From NCBI GenBank assembly GCA_964016885.1, contig OZ024746.1:85064001-85128000 (forward strand): 64,000 bases of DNA, read 5' to 3'. Of the stretch, positions 42,863-56,365 are shown in pieces. The stretch is from Eledone cirrhosa. Lineage: Eukaryota. The notes under the pieces are model-generated. The model was not told where the DNA came from, did no database searches, and saw only the letters and a program-made list of their open reading frames with translations. Position numbers and translations under genes: made by a program. The number at the start of each line of letters is the position of its first letter. Within the stretch, counting starts at the first letter, position 1.

Positions 42863-43030
42863 AAACTGTTTCTATTTTGGGCACAAGACCAGCAATTATC
42901 CCAGTGCATTACTGGTACTTTATTTGATCGACCCCCGTAAGGATGAAAAGGCAGAGTTTAACCTCGGCAGGATTTGAACTCAGACCATAAGGGGGACGTA
43001 ACTCTATGTTGCAAAGCATCGCGTCCGACT
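42863..43030 (-). mobile_element. SINE S1
   Basis: Tail, core and B box on minus strand. Confidence 0.88.
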
Positions 43031-43757
43031 GAATAACGAAGCTGTATAACAAGAACAAACTTTTAATCATAGATCTGCTCAAAAGATTCTTATTCTAATT
43101 ACCACGCTAGCATCTTAAAAAGAGACGGACATATTTTGGATATAATTTGAGAGACACGATGTCTTACAGAAGACAGAATGATCGCTGCGCTAGCGTATTT
43201 TGATCATTAGTCTGCTAGATAAGGTTTGCATTTTTGACTAAACATCAACATCATCATCCTATGAAAACAAGGCAAACGGGAGAGGTCCTCTTACGTGGGC
43301 AGTATCATCTGCCTAAACATCGTAACTCTCTGTCTTCTAATATAAAAATACTCTCGCCCAAACCTTCCTCTGTCCTATCAATTACTATGAAAAACTCTCA
43401 CCCTCTCTATAATATCTCTCTCTATATATATATATATATATATCTCCCCATCTGTCTCTACATAACATGTAGGGAAATTGTAGCACATATACAAATTGAT
43501 GTGTATTTCGGTAGTTTGGGGGAGAAAACATATAATTATTAGTGGGGTGGGGGCATGGCTTATGTAAAAAGAAGACATATCGTTGACAAAAATATATAGA
43601 GTAGACATGAACACTGGAAATATTTGTGGCCAAATGGAAAGGATGTATAGTGGCAAAACACTTCGTTAAAGTCAAGTAAGAATAGAACAGTGAAGGACGT
43701 GTTTTTAATATACATATCTTTTTGCTATCTTATATATATATATATATATATATTTAT

Positions 43758-43931
43758 TTTATTAAAATAACAGATTAAAAGTTTAAGCAAAGAATCGCTG
43801 CTTTTCACCCTTAACGGGATCTTCTGTTATTTTAATAAATATTTGCTCTAGGGTTTCTTATATAATTTGATATATATTTATCCTTATCGAGCTCTCTTTG
43901 GATTTTAGTCCTTCAAATTTATTATTATTAC
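43758..43931. mobile_element. Family C TA-flanked insert with inverted 5' part
   Basis: tttattaaaataacag/ctgttattttaataaa overlap; homologues at 4791-4845, 4940-4990, 37277-37354, 45471-45588. Confidence 0.75.
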
Positions 43932-43940
43932 TATATATAT

Positions 43941-43983
<43 letters not shown>

Positions 43984-44060
43984 AGTATGTATGTATACGT
44001 ACATACATATATGTATACAGACCGTACAGTAGCATGCATATATATATATATATATATATA

Positions 44061-44607
44061 TGTTAGATAAAATCTACCAAGAGTTTACGGTAGTGTCCCA
44101 ATCCGTATGAAGAACTCAATGTATTCCGGATATCATGGAAAGAAGAGATGTAATGAAAAATCCAATTTCGGTGAAAGATAAACGGTATACAGAGTCAAGA
44201 TAAAATATTAAAACAAAATAATGAACAAAACAATTCCTTATATTAAAACAAAAAAAAAGTTCACTATTTAACGATCGTTTTCTAGGGTATATATGTGTTT
44301 ATAATTGGTATGCATATTTAACAGATCTATGTACAAAAATTATACAAAAATTATACAAATTATCAAGATTAAAATATACATACCTAACTCATATATACGC
44401 CGTCCTTTCAGAAATATTCGGCGTATATATGAGTTAGGTATGTATATTTAATCTTGATAATTTGTATAATTTTTGTATAATTTTTGTACATAGATCTGTT
44501 AAATATGCATACCAATTATAACACATATATACCCTAGAAAACGATCGTTAAATAGTGAACTTTTTTTTGTTTAATATAAGGAATTGTTTTGTTCATTATT
44601 TGTTTAA

Positions 44608-44616
<9 letters not shown>
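44061..44616 (-). mobile_element. TA-flanked insert with ~415-bp palindrome (44200-44616)
   Basis: ~200-bp arms, 16-nt loop 44403-44418, unique tail 44061-44199. Confidence 0.8.
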
Positions 44617-44699
<83 letters not shown>

Positions 44700-44982
44700 C
44701 ACATATATATATATATACATACAGGTACACATACATATATGTACGTATCAGTTTTAGCGGACGCTTTATTATAGCGCCCCGCTTTTGTTCGTTTGTAAAC
44801 AAACTGAAACAGCCTGAATTTTATGCCGTACGGTGTTTAAGGCAAACCACGTTCACCTTTTTTGTTTCAACACTGACACAGGAACGATGTACTAGTTTTC
44901 AAGCTTGTTAGCTATCATCAGCACCGTATTACCCCTTCTGCCAGATGGTTTGAACATTCGAAAGTATATACTTTTCCTTATG

Positions 44983-45182
44983 NNNNNNNNNNNNNNNNNN
45001 NNNNNNNNNNNNNNNNNNNNNNNNNNNNNNNNNNNNNNNNNNNNNNNNNNNNNNNNNNNNNNNNNNNNNNNNNNNNNNNNNNNNNNNNNNNNNNNNNNNN
45101 NNNNNNNNNNNNNNNNNNNNNNNNNNNNNNNNNNNNNNNNNNNNNNNNNNNNNNNNNNNNNNNNNNNNNNNNNNNNNNNNNN
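44983..45182. other. Assembly gap (200 N)
   Basis: Run of N. Confidence 1.
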
Positions 45183-45586
45183 AAGAAATAGAAAGAATAA
45201 ATGAGAATATTTCACAAACATTAAAATACGCTCGTCACATCTCAACCACCTGCAATTTCGACGATTTAATGAGATTACGGCGGAGAATAGGAGGCTCGTA
45301 AAACGAGACTGTTTTTCTTCGTACATCTTTATTTTATTTGGACGTTACTTTACAGGGAACATCCTAAGGAACAAAATCCCTGGAGTGCCTCACGTCTGTT
45401 TAAGAATAAGTCGGCAGATTTTTAATCAACCAACTTTCTTCAATTTATTAATTATATATATATATATATATATTAAAATAACAGATTAAAGTTTAAGCAA
45501 AGAATCGGTGCTTTCACCCTTAACGGGATCTTCTGAAACTTATCGAGCCCTCTTTGGATTTTAGTCTTTATATTTATTATTATAAC

Positions 45587-45626
<40 letters not shown>

Positions 45627-45866
45627 CTTATGTTAGATCTAATATATATATATATATGTGTGTGTGTAGATAGATAGATAAATTAATTGAATATATAAGT
45701 ATAGACATACATATGAGGACGTCTAACCAATACTAGTTTTGATCAATGTAGCATTAGCAAAAATCAATTTATCAGACGATAATAAAATTATATTTGAGTA
45801 AAGTAAATCGGGACATCAAAGTAAATAGGTAAAGATATTTTTCTTATATTGTTTACTTTTCCCAAC

Positions 45867-45917
<51 letters not shown>

Positions 45918-46137
45918 GGGGGGGATTGTATAAAATCAAACTGGCATATACCTTACTAGGTACTCAGAGTTTCCCGAAGCAAGTTGATATTTGCCTCATT
46001 CATCAGCTGTATTCTATACAATATATTATAATTATAGTGGCTCCTATTATAGCGTGATGGATGCTGAGATGGGAGGGTGGTGTATACTCGGTTTTTGTGT
46101 GTATTCACTTGGATTACTTAGTTGTGTGGTCACTGTA

Positions 46138-46258
46138 TATCTACATGTACATAAATTGTAGCACATATACAAATAGATGTCTGTTTTGGTAGTTTGGGGA
46201 GAAAAAATGTAATTGTTAGTGGGGCCATGGCTCCACTGCCCCAGTTCCACCGCCTCTG
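46138..46258. mobile_element. Dispersed repeat with DNA-transposon-like end; second copy 43455-43560
   Basis: Shared aaattgtagcacatatacaaat...ggtagtttgggg; ends gccatggctccactgccccagttccaccgcctctg. Confidence 0.5.
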
Positions 46259-46472
46259 TATGTTCAGCTAATTATGTTACATAACCATTTTTTTAATAAA
46301 TCTCCAGGTAGCATTTTATCGCATCTTTCTCGATTTTTCAGGTGGAAACCATTTATGACTGTTTGATGATTTATTTACAGGTTACTCGCATATAACATAA
46401 TTACCTGGAAACAATGAAACACCTGTAGTAAGTGCCTATTTTTGTGTTAGAAAATAATATACCCGCAGGTAT

Positions 46473-46547
<75 letters not shown>

Positions 46548-46722
46548 TCAACAGCCAATGTTCACATTCTAATCTGTGTAACTCACATCAACGGCCTATA
46601 CAACATATACATACTATATTCTATCATAAACCCTATAATTTGCATTATATATTCATTCCACCTTGATAAATCTTCCTTATCCTTCTCCTCCTTTATCTCG
46701 TCCCCATCTCTCTCTCTCTCTC

Positions 46723-46775
<53 letters not shown>

Positions 46776-47944
46776 ATCTCTCCCCATATCTCTCTCTCTC
46801 TCCCCTCTCTCTCTGTCTTTTTATCTATCTCTCATGCATATAAACTAATCTCAACTTATCCTGGAACAGTAGTTCGTCTACCGTGTCTAATGATTCCTCT
46901 CTTCCGTCACGCCAAAAATTTATTCAGTTGTTTAAATTAGTTACTTTTTTTTATTTTTAAGTTAGTAGCGTGTTAATTGACGGAGATTTGACTGCTTTTG
47001 ATGTTATTGTTGTTGTTAATGTTTTTAGCCCCAAGAGGAGTTGGCTGAGAAGATTTATAATCAAAGGTGTTCTATCCATGAATGTCCCGTCTTTTTTTTT
47101 GGGGGGGGGGCAATTTGTGTCTGTGAATTAACTGTGCAATGTGTTCTTCCTTTTTTCTTTTCTTTTTTTTTTGTAAGATGCTGAGATAGCAACCACACCC
47201 CTTTAAAACTGTGTACCCTACAATCCTTTAAAAAACGAATGCACGTTTTAGACTGAAATAAAAATAAAGAGGATTAAATTCTTTTTATGTTTTTTTACTA
47301 AGCCCGACATTGGTCTCAACATTTGTTTCTGGAGTAGATAAGTATCTGAAACGTCGGTTTTTTTTATTCCCATGGCAAATTAAATCCATTATGTAATTGA
47401 TTTTTGTTTGATTGTTTTTTCTGTGGTGGGATGGGGAGGGGGTCTACAAACTATAAGATATTTTCATGACTGTATAGTCTTTGATCAAAGAGCCATCGGA
47501 TCAGGGTCGACGTAAGGTTAAACAACAACAACAACAAAATCCTCAACAAGCACAACTACTTACACTTCAGCATTACCACTTTACTGGCAATTCCTCGATC
47601 CTGCATATTAATAGCTATTTAACACTTCAACCAAATATTCATAAACACACACAAGCACAACATCAAACATTTCAGACCCATCTATTACCCACAAACTCGT
47701 CATATTTCATCACTTACAAGTCAGCCAAATCTGATCTAGGAAATGGGGGGGGGGGGGGTCTAACTATCTTTTTCTGGTTTATTTATGTATTTACTTTTAT
47801 TTAGTTATTTTCCAATCCCAGCATATTTCTCCTATGCCTTATGTACTTCATGTAGATATATTTTTTTGTCGTGACTCTCCTACCTTTTATCACCTAGTAA
47901 TCTCACTTCACTTTAACGACCCAATGGTAATAAGGCGGGGCGGG

Positions 47945-48378
47945 GGCTCTACGTGGTAACTCGACCTGCTACCAATAACAGCTGAATCTCCTTTAGACCA
48001 TAATCTGCCGTCTTACAAAAGGAAACTTTTGATAATGTAGTCTTGAATTCTCCTTATACATAAGGAAAAGGGGGTGGTAGTCGCGGCTGAAAGCCCTTTG
48101 GTCATAGATCTGTTCGTTCACGGTTGACCTGGGGCTAAACGACAACAGCAGCACTGTAAACGAGCCAACGAGAGGCCCTCAATGCGGGAGCTCAACTTGC
48201 TAGAAATAACAGCCAAATTTCTCTCAAATCCCACTCTGCCATCATATAAAAGAACACTTTAGATAATGTAGTCCTGGGCTCTCACTCCACATATGAAGAA
48301 AGAAGGAATAGTCGCGACTGGAATATCTTTGATCATAGGTTGGTTCTATCAGTGTTCACCTAGGGCTAAACAACAACA
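47945..48378 (+). mobile_element. Two tandem S2 copies
   Basis: ctcgacctgct/ctcaacttgct...gataatgtagtc...gggctaaac(g/a)acaac. Confidence 0.75.
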
Positions 48379-48477
48379 GTAATAACAAATTTTATTTAAT
48401 AAACTCAACTCTCTTCTTTTAACATCTACTCACCTCGCCCCCACTCAATCCCAACCATTCTCTTACTTCACTGCTTA

Positions 48478-48633
48478 TACACACTCCACACACGTATATA
48501 TATACACACTCCACACACGTATATATATATACCCCACACTGGTATATATATATATACACCTGACACACGTATATATATATATATATACACCTGACACACG
48601 TATATATATATATATATATACACCTCACACACG

Positions 48634-48664
<31 letters not shown>

Positions 48665-48731
48665 CCCACATACGTATATATATATACACACACCTCACAC
48701 ACGTATATATATATATATACACCTGACACAC

Positions 48732-48773
<42 letters not shown>

Positions 48774-48946
48774 CCCACACACGTATATATATATACACCC
48801 CACACACGTATATATATATATATATATATATACACACTCCACACACGTATATATATATACCCCACACTGGTATATATATATATACACACTCCACACACGT
48901 ATATATATATACCCCACACTGGTATATATATATATACACCTGACAC

Positions 48947-48980
<34 letters not shown>

Positions 48981-48988
48981 CTGACACA

Positions 48989-49049
<61 letters not shown>

Positions 49050-49058
49050 CTCACACAC

Positions 49059-49092
<34 letters not shown>

Positions 49093-49102
49093 CTCACACA
49101 CG

Positions 49103-49133
<31 letters not shown>

Positions 49134-49200
49134 CCCACATACGTATATATATATACACACACCTCACACACATATATATATATATATACACCTGACACAC

Positions 49201-49236
<36 letters not shown>

Positions 49237-49585
49237 CCCACACACGTATATATATATATACACCCCACACCCGTATATATATATATATATACACACCCCA
49301 CACACGTATATATATATACACACCTCACACACGTATATATATATCTACACCCCACATACGTATATATATATATATAAACCCCACACACGTATATATATAT
49401 ACACACACCCCACACACGTATATATACACAAACCACATACCTATATATATATACACACTCCACACATATATATATACACACTCCACACACATATATATAT
49501 ATACACACTCCACACATATATATATACACACTCCACACATATATATATACACACTCCACACACACATATATATATACACACACAC
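48478..49585. repeat. Mosaic minisatellite: cacacgt-(AT)n-acacc(c/t/tg) units
   Basis: Dozens of units with few anchor variants and variable AT length. Confidence 0.9.
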
Positions 49586-49657
49586 ATACGAAAGTCATCT
49601 CATTTTATTGACTTTCATCTTTCTTTCTCCTCCCTTTCATGCTATTACACTCTCTAT

Positions 49658-49717
<60 letters not shown>

Positions 49718-50847
49718 CTCTCGCTCTCTACGTACCCCTCCTCTTTCTCTATCGCTCTCTCCTGCCCTCCCTGTTTCTCTCTATCGTTCTCTCCTGCCCT
49801 CCCTGTTTCTCACTATCACTCTCTCTTCCTCCCACTGTTTTTCTCTCTCTCTCTCTCTTCCTCTCTCTCTCAATCTCTGCTTCTTTCTTTCTCTCTCTCT
49901 CTGTCACTCTCTCCTTCTCCCCTTCTCTTTCTCTTTCTCACTCTCCTTCTTTCTCCTTCCCTCTCCTTCCCTCTCCTTCACTCTCCTTCATTCTCTCTCC
50001 TTCACTCTCCTTCACTCTCCTTCACTCTCCTTCCCTCTCCTTCTCTCTCCTTCCCTCTCCTTCCCTCTCCTTCCCTCTCCCCTCTTTCTCTCCCACTCTC
50101 ACTCACCCTCTTTCTCTTTCTTCTCTTATTCCAGCTGTCGTACATAGATTTATATTATATTTCTCAATTCTCCTTTACCCACACTCTCCTTCTTCTTCCC
50201 CCCTCTCCCTCTGTTGTAAGCAACCCTGTCATTCATGCTTTACTCTATGCTCTAGTTTATAACGTCTCCCCACCCCACCGTCTACTCCTTCCTTTCGTTC
50301 CTCTACACACGTCACTCCCTACATCCCTTCATTACCTAATAAAAAATCATACAGATAACCATATGCTAAGCGGATCCACATCAAGCCTCTAAACATCGCC
50401 ACCCTCCTTTTACTACTCCCTTACATGACAAGTTGCCGTCAACGAGCGTGTCTCGGCGAAAAATCACAGCCCAGTTCGGTGGTATAACAGGGTAGGGGTA
50501 TGTTGGGGGTATTTGTCTGAAGAATAGTTAATTGTGAAAAGCCCACATTAAAGTGTTGACAAACCTTCCTAATCGGCAGGATCGTAAAGAAATAATAATT
50601 ATAGTAATGATAAATAATTGTGTCTTTATTTACCAAACGGGTGGCGAATGGAGAACATAATAATAAAAATAATAATAACTGTTTCTAATTTAGACACTAG
50701 GCCGGCAATTTTGGGGTGAGGGGAAAGCCGATCCAGTACTTGACTAGTACTATATTTTATCGACTCTGGTAGGATGAAAGGTTAATGTTGACCTCAGCAT
50801 ATATTAATGAGACTATCTTCCCAATTTAGAGACCAAATCTCCGGTTA

Positions 50848-51079
50848 GGGTTGTTCAAATAATTGTTTCTACTTTTGGCACAAGGCCAACAATTACCCAG
50901 TGCATTACTGGTACTTTATTTTATCGACCCCGTAAGGATGAAAGGCAAAGTTAACCTCGACGGGATTTGAGGTTAACTTTGCCTTTCATCCTTACGGGGT
51001 CGATAAAATAAAGTACCAGTAATGCACTGGATAATTGCTGGCCTTGTGCCAAAAGTAGAAACAATTATTTGAACAACCC
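50848..51079. mobile_element. Head-to-head inverted duplication of a truncated SINE S1 including flank
   Basis: gggttgttcaaataattg...cctc|gacgggattt|gagg...caattatttgaacaaccc. Confidence 0.9.
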
Positions 51080-51430
51080 CAAATAATGAGAAGAAAGTTG
51101 CTATAACCTGAATTGTTCAAAACATTTAGGAACAATTTAAGACAATGTAGAGGGAGTGTACCTTGTCTATAAGCTAACATGGCGAAAGAAACGGGCAAGA
51201 CTAAATTTCCTTAGTGAAGACTATTCACTTAGCAAGTTAGCCAGGCAAGAACATTAGAATATGTATATGAAAGATGAATGAAATTATGCGCTGATGATAG
51301 AAAATGGAAAAAGATTAATATTGACGTACATGTACGTCAATACTCGTCTTTTTTCCATTTCCTAAAGGGTTTTAAACCCCACTATCAGGCTAAAATTTCT
51401 TTAGTCAAAAATACGGCGAAACCTTCTATT

Positions 51431-51510
<80 letters not shown>

Positions 51511-51580
51511 GACATACAGATAAACAGGTGAATAGACCAACAGACAGGAAGGTAGATAGATAAAGGTAGATAGATAGATG

Positions 51581-51648
<68 letters not shown>

Positions 51649-51905
51649 GAGAGGGGAGAAAGAGAGACAGACAGACAGACGGAAAGAATAGGTAAATAGT
51701 CACACCGTCGCACGCGCACATACACACACACACACACACATGCTTGGATGAATACGTCACAGGAGAAATTAAAGGGCTTTCCATATACAAGGAATAAAAA
51801 ATACAGTTAGGTTAATCAAAACAACTTAATTAATTAAATTAACGTTTCTAAGAATGCAAGTAAAGTGTTGACTTTACGGGAAACATTATTATTATAGAAT
51901 TCATA

Positions 51906-51968
<63 letters not shown>

Positions 51969-52077
51969 ATGGGGATTGATGGCGGATGGGGGTAAAGGAA
52001 TTGATAATGATTTTATCAATAACAATGGTGATGAGAAAAATGACAATATTAATATTAATAACGAGAAATATTGCCTT

Positions 52078-52240
52078 GACGACGACGACGAAGACGAAGA
52101 CGAAGACGAAGAAGAAGAAGAAGAAGAAGAAGAAGAAGAAGAAGAAGAAGAAGAAGAAGAAGAAGAAGAAGAAGAAGAAGAAGAAGAAGAAGAAGAAGAA
52201 GAAGAAGAAGAAGAAGAAGAAGAAGAAGAAGAAGAAGAAG
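52078..52240. repeat. (GAC)n-(GAA)n array
   Basis: Direct reading. Confidence 0.98.
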
Positions 52241-52754
52241 GCAGACTACATCTTTTAAAACACTAATGTTTTAAATAAAGACAACGATAAATATAGAAAT
52301 ATAAAAATGGCCGACAATCAAAAATCCCTAACAAAATCAACTGTTAAAAGAAATCTTTGAAAAAAAAATGAGGAGAAACTTTGACCCATTTATCGGGCAC
52401 ACCTGATTGATGTAATGTTATATGGATATGAACTAGTTGTATATTGGATGCAATGATCAATGGGAAAAAGAAAAGAAAAGAAAAAAATAATATTTTCGAG
52501 CAATAATTGAATAAATAATAAAATATATGAACTAAGAAATGAAAATTTTAACATGAATAATAAAAGTGATGAAATACTCAGGAGATATTCATCAAATATT
52601 TATTTTATATTTTAGAAAACATAGGAAAAAATATCAATAACATCAATGTCAGCGTCGTTAACATCATCATCATCATTATCATCATCATCATCATCATCAT
52701 CATCATTGTTAGCATTATTTCCATTATTATTATTATTATTATTATTACTGACGG

Positions 52755-53537
52755 TAGTTTGGCAGTATCGGTAGAGCGTCATAGAGCTTTGCAGCATAGT
52801 TACGGCCCTTTAAGTCTGAGTTCAAATCCCGGCGAGGTTAACTTTGCTTTCATCCTTACGGGGTCGATAAATAAAGCACCAGTAATGCACTGGGATAATT
52901 GCTGGCCTTGTGCTAAAAGTAAAAACACTATTAATATTATTGTTAGTGTATTTAGAACGTCGGACAATATGCTTTGCGGTATAGAGATATCTCTCTTTAC
53001 GTTTCGAGTTCAAATCCCGCCGAGGTTAGCTTTGCCTCTTGTTCTTACGGGGTCAATAAAATAAAGTACCAGTCATGCATCCATTTCCCTTCACCCAAAA
53101 TTGTTCACATTGCACCTAAATCAGAATCAATTATTATTATTCATTTATTAGCAGTATCGGTAGATTGTCGGACATCGTGTTTTGTGACATACAGTTCAAA
53201 TCTTGCCTAGGTTAGATTTACCATTCATCCTTATCGATAAAATAAAGAACCAATAACGCACCTCGGGTCGACGTAATCCACACCCCCCTTCTCCTCAAAT
53301 TGCTGGCTTTGTGACAAAATTAGAAAAAGTTATCATTATTTGTTTGGTGGATTGGCTGTATCGGTAAGAGTCGCACGCCATGCTTTGAAGCATAGAGTTA
53401 CCTCCCTTTATGATCTGAGTTCAAATCCCGCCGAGGTTAACTTTGCCTTTCATCCTTACGGTGTCGTCAATAAAATAAAGTACCAGTAGCGCACTGGGAT
53501 AATTGTTGGCCTTGTGCCAAAAATAGAAACAATTATT
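52755..53537 (+). mobile_element. Four head-to-tail SINE S1 copies
   Basis: Four gttcaaatc B boxes, each followed by core and ATT tail. Confidence 0.88.
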
Positions 53538-54106
53538 TGTTTGTGTTTTCGCTTAGACGAAAGACACGAAAGTTGAAGTATTTCTATGTAAAGAAAATAT
53601 GTATGTATTTATTTTACAGTAAATCCTCAGAGACATCTAGTTATTTCTCCGAGTCTCACAGAGAGAGGACTATATATATATATACAGAGAGGGGGGATTA
53701 CTCGTGAAGTGAATCTTTCAAAAGCAGCTAGCAAAAAGGGGTTGAATGTAAAGCGACCGGAACACGTAAGGGAAACGAAAAAGTTGGTTTATATACCACC
53801 GAAAAAATCATGTCTTACTGAGATATTGAAAACACCTCTAGAGTGTCTGGCAGGGATATATATCTAATTAGAAAAGTAAAGATATTTAACGATGATTTTA
53901 TTTGGTAAATAGACACTTAGATCGTCACATCTAGGCATCTTTTTACCGAGTGTGTTGCACGAGTGTTTAGAAAATAGTTATCGGGTATATATTCACATAT
54001 ATAGATATATTTACACAGGCACACACACATCATTATATACCCAGATAAACCTTCATTTATATATGTATATGTGTTTATATATACATATATACATTTATAC
54101 ACACAC

Positions 54107-54148
<42 letters not shown>

Positions 54149-54150
<2 letters not shown>

Positions 54151-54890
54151 TAAAACATGTCTTTAGAATCACTAGATATAATATATACCATTTCCTCTCC
54201 CAATTAGCATAATTAACCATATAAAAAATCAATTAGACCAAGCTATAAGAATAAAGGCTCCTATGAAGAAATCTCCGACAAATAACCGAAAGCAGCCCCT
54301 TCGCGGTGGCTACGATGTAGTATTTATCGAACATTTCGACAGCATGTAGAAATCGACCAGATATACAGTCAACCAAACACAATTAGGTGTAAAATCAAAC
54401 TTAGAAGAAATGCGTACATACCAAATTACCTCTACCATGGTTTCATCCGTATTTTAAGACATCCGATAACAGGGAATGTCCAGAGCTTCAGATTCATCAG
54501 GAGTGAACTCAAAATTAGACATTTAATTTTCCAAAGTGATCGCGTCAAAAATACATTCAAAAATGGCTAAGAATCGTGACGTGGCAGCGGTCAAGGTAGA
54601 AAGGATGTGATTAGTTGCTTACGGCGGGTAGGCTTATTGCTAGAAAACGCAGCCCAATATAGCCAAATTGTATCTCAACCTAACGGGAGATTATTACATA
54701 TAAAGGTTTACATATATATAAAGTCATAGATATATATATGTTTTGCAACAGGTCACGTTGTGGCTCAATGAAGAATTAATAAATTAATAGCTCTGATTAT
54801 TTAATTTATTAATTTTTCATTGAGCCACAACGTGACCTGTTGCAAAACACATATATATCTATGACTTTATATATATGTAAACCTTTATAT
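54149..54890 (-). mobile_element. TA-flanked HHR element with 5' inverted repeat 54698-54890
   Basis: Minus-strand HHR; ~90-bp arms ending at cctttatat|(AT)n. Confidence 0.75.
54428..54504 (-). ncRNA. Type I hammerhead ribozyme
   Basis: Minus: actc-CTGATGA-atctg...cggat-GAAAC-catg-GTA-gaggt; palindromic stem III ACCATGGT. Confidence 0.78.
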
Positions 54891-54931
54891 ATATATATAT
54901 ATATAAGTATATATATATACATATATATATT

Positions 54932-54977
<46 letters not shown>

Positions 54978-55021
54978 CATATATACATATATACATATAT
55001 ATGTATGTATGCATGTGTATG

Positions 55022-55054
<33 letters not shown>

Positions 55055-55199
55055 ATGCATACATACATACATACATACATACATACATACATACATGCAT
55101 ACATACATACATACATAAATACATACATACATACATACATACATACATACATACATACATACATACATACATACATACATACATACATACATACTAAGA

Positions 55200-55685
55200 A
55201 ACAGACACATTGAGGTAAAGGTACGCTGAAGCTTTCCAGCCCACTCAAACAAAACGGCGGGCTGTGATTGGCTGAATATCAGCCGTCTCCCTGGTAGCGA
55301 TGACATCAAAATATCTGTGGAACTGTAATGGAGTTTGTCAGATCATCAGCTAAGTGTTGTACACGTTGAGCTATAAACGGTCGTTGTTGAAGAGATAGTT
55401 GAACAAACATCAAAGTTATTTAGTACCAATTTGTCAGTGAAGAAGCGAGTACCTCTAAATGAATTGCCCAGAATGATGATAATGGACCGAAAAGATTTTG
55501 TAAAAAGAGAAAAACATTCTACAATCTTAGCAGGGCAGAAATTGAAAGCGAAAGTGGATCTGGCTGACGGCAGCCAGTAAAAGATGGAAATTTCACAAGA
55601 TGGCCGCCGCTGGGGGTTATTTTCCTTGTTACGTCGCGAACGCACTTACGTGTGACAGTAAATGACTAAATTGACGCCGGGGAGG
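55200..55685. promoter_or_regulatory. CpG-rich unique island, candidate promoter/first exon
   Basis: GGCGGG 55256, ATTGG (CCAAT) 55267, TGACATCA 55301, AAGATGGCCGCC (YY1-like) 55597, minus-strand GTAAGT donor 55644-55649. Confidence 0.35.
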
Positions 55686-56292
55686 TGTGTGGTGTAGTGT
55701 TGGTAGAAGGATGTGGTGTATCTATCTTGCTTCAAAGTAAAACAGAAATTACAATGAGGTGCGGAGAAGGAAAGAGAAGTAATAGGTTATGGGGCAAGGG
55801 TGGGATAATGTGAAAAATGGTTTTCTTTTTCTTTTGCCTATACGCAATTTACGAATTAATAGATGAGCACTGTTTTACATTAAAAGCTGTGTGTAAATAT
55901 GAGACACGTGTATGAGCGTGTGAACATGTGCATGTATGTGCATAAGTTTAGGCGTGTGTGTAGGTGTGTGTATGATTGTATTTGCATGCGAGAGAGAAAA
56001 GGAGAAGTAAATAAATATAATTGTGTATATATATATGTGTGTTTGTGTGTGTGTGTGTGTGTGTGACATACAGACAGTCAGTTGGTCGTTGCCTGTGTTT
56101 TAATGAACATCATGTGTTTGGCCATCCACGTATGTGTTTATGCTTTGTTTAATGTGTCTATAAGTTCAATAGAGAGTCTATATACATAAACATATATATA
56201 TGTGTGTGTTTTTGTATATATGTGTATGTGTGTGTGTATATGTGCGTGTATATGTGTGTGTATGTGCGTTGTCGGTGTAATGTGTGTATATA

Positions 56293-56365
<73 letters not shown>

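Noticed and set aside
46381-46427. Possible 47-nt exon (acAG...GTAAGT)
   Set aside because: Stops in all three frames; cannot be supported without transcripts
48478-49585. CRISPR-like repeat/spacer appearance
   Set aside because: Spacers are (AT)n, anchors vary, no cas genes, eukaryotic context
51976-52266. Acidic poly-E ORF
   Set aside because: (GAA)n microsatellite
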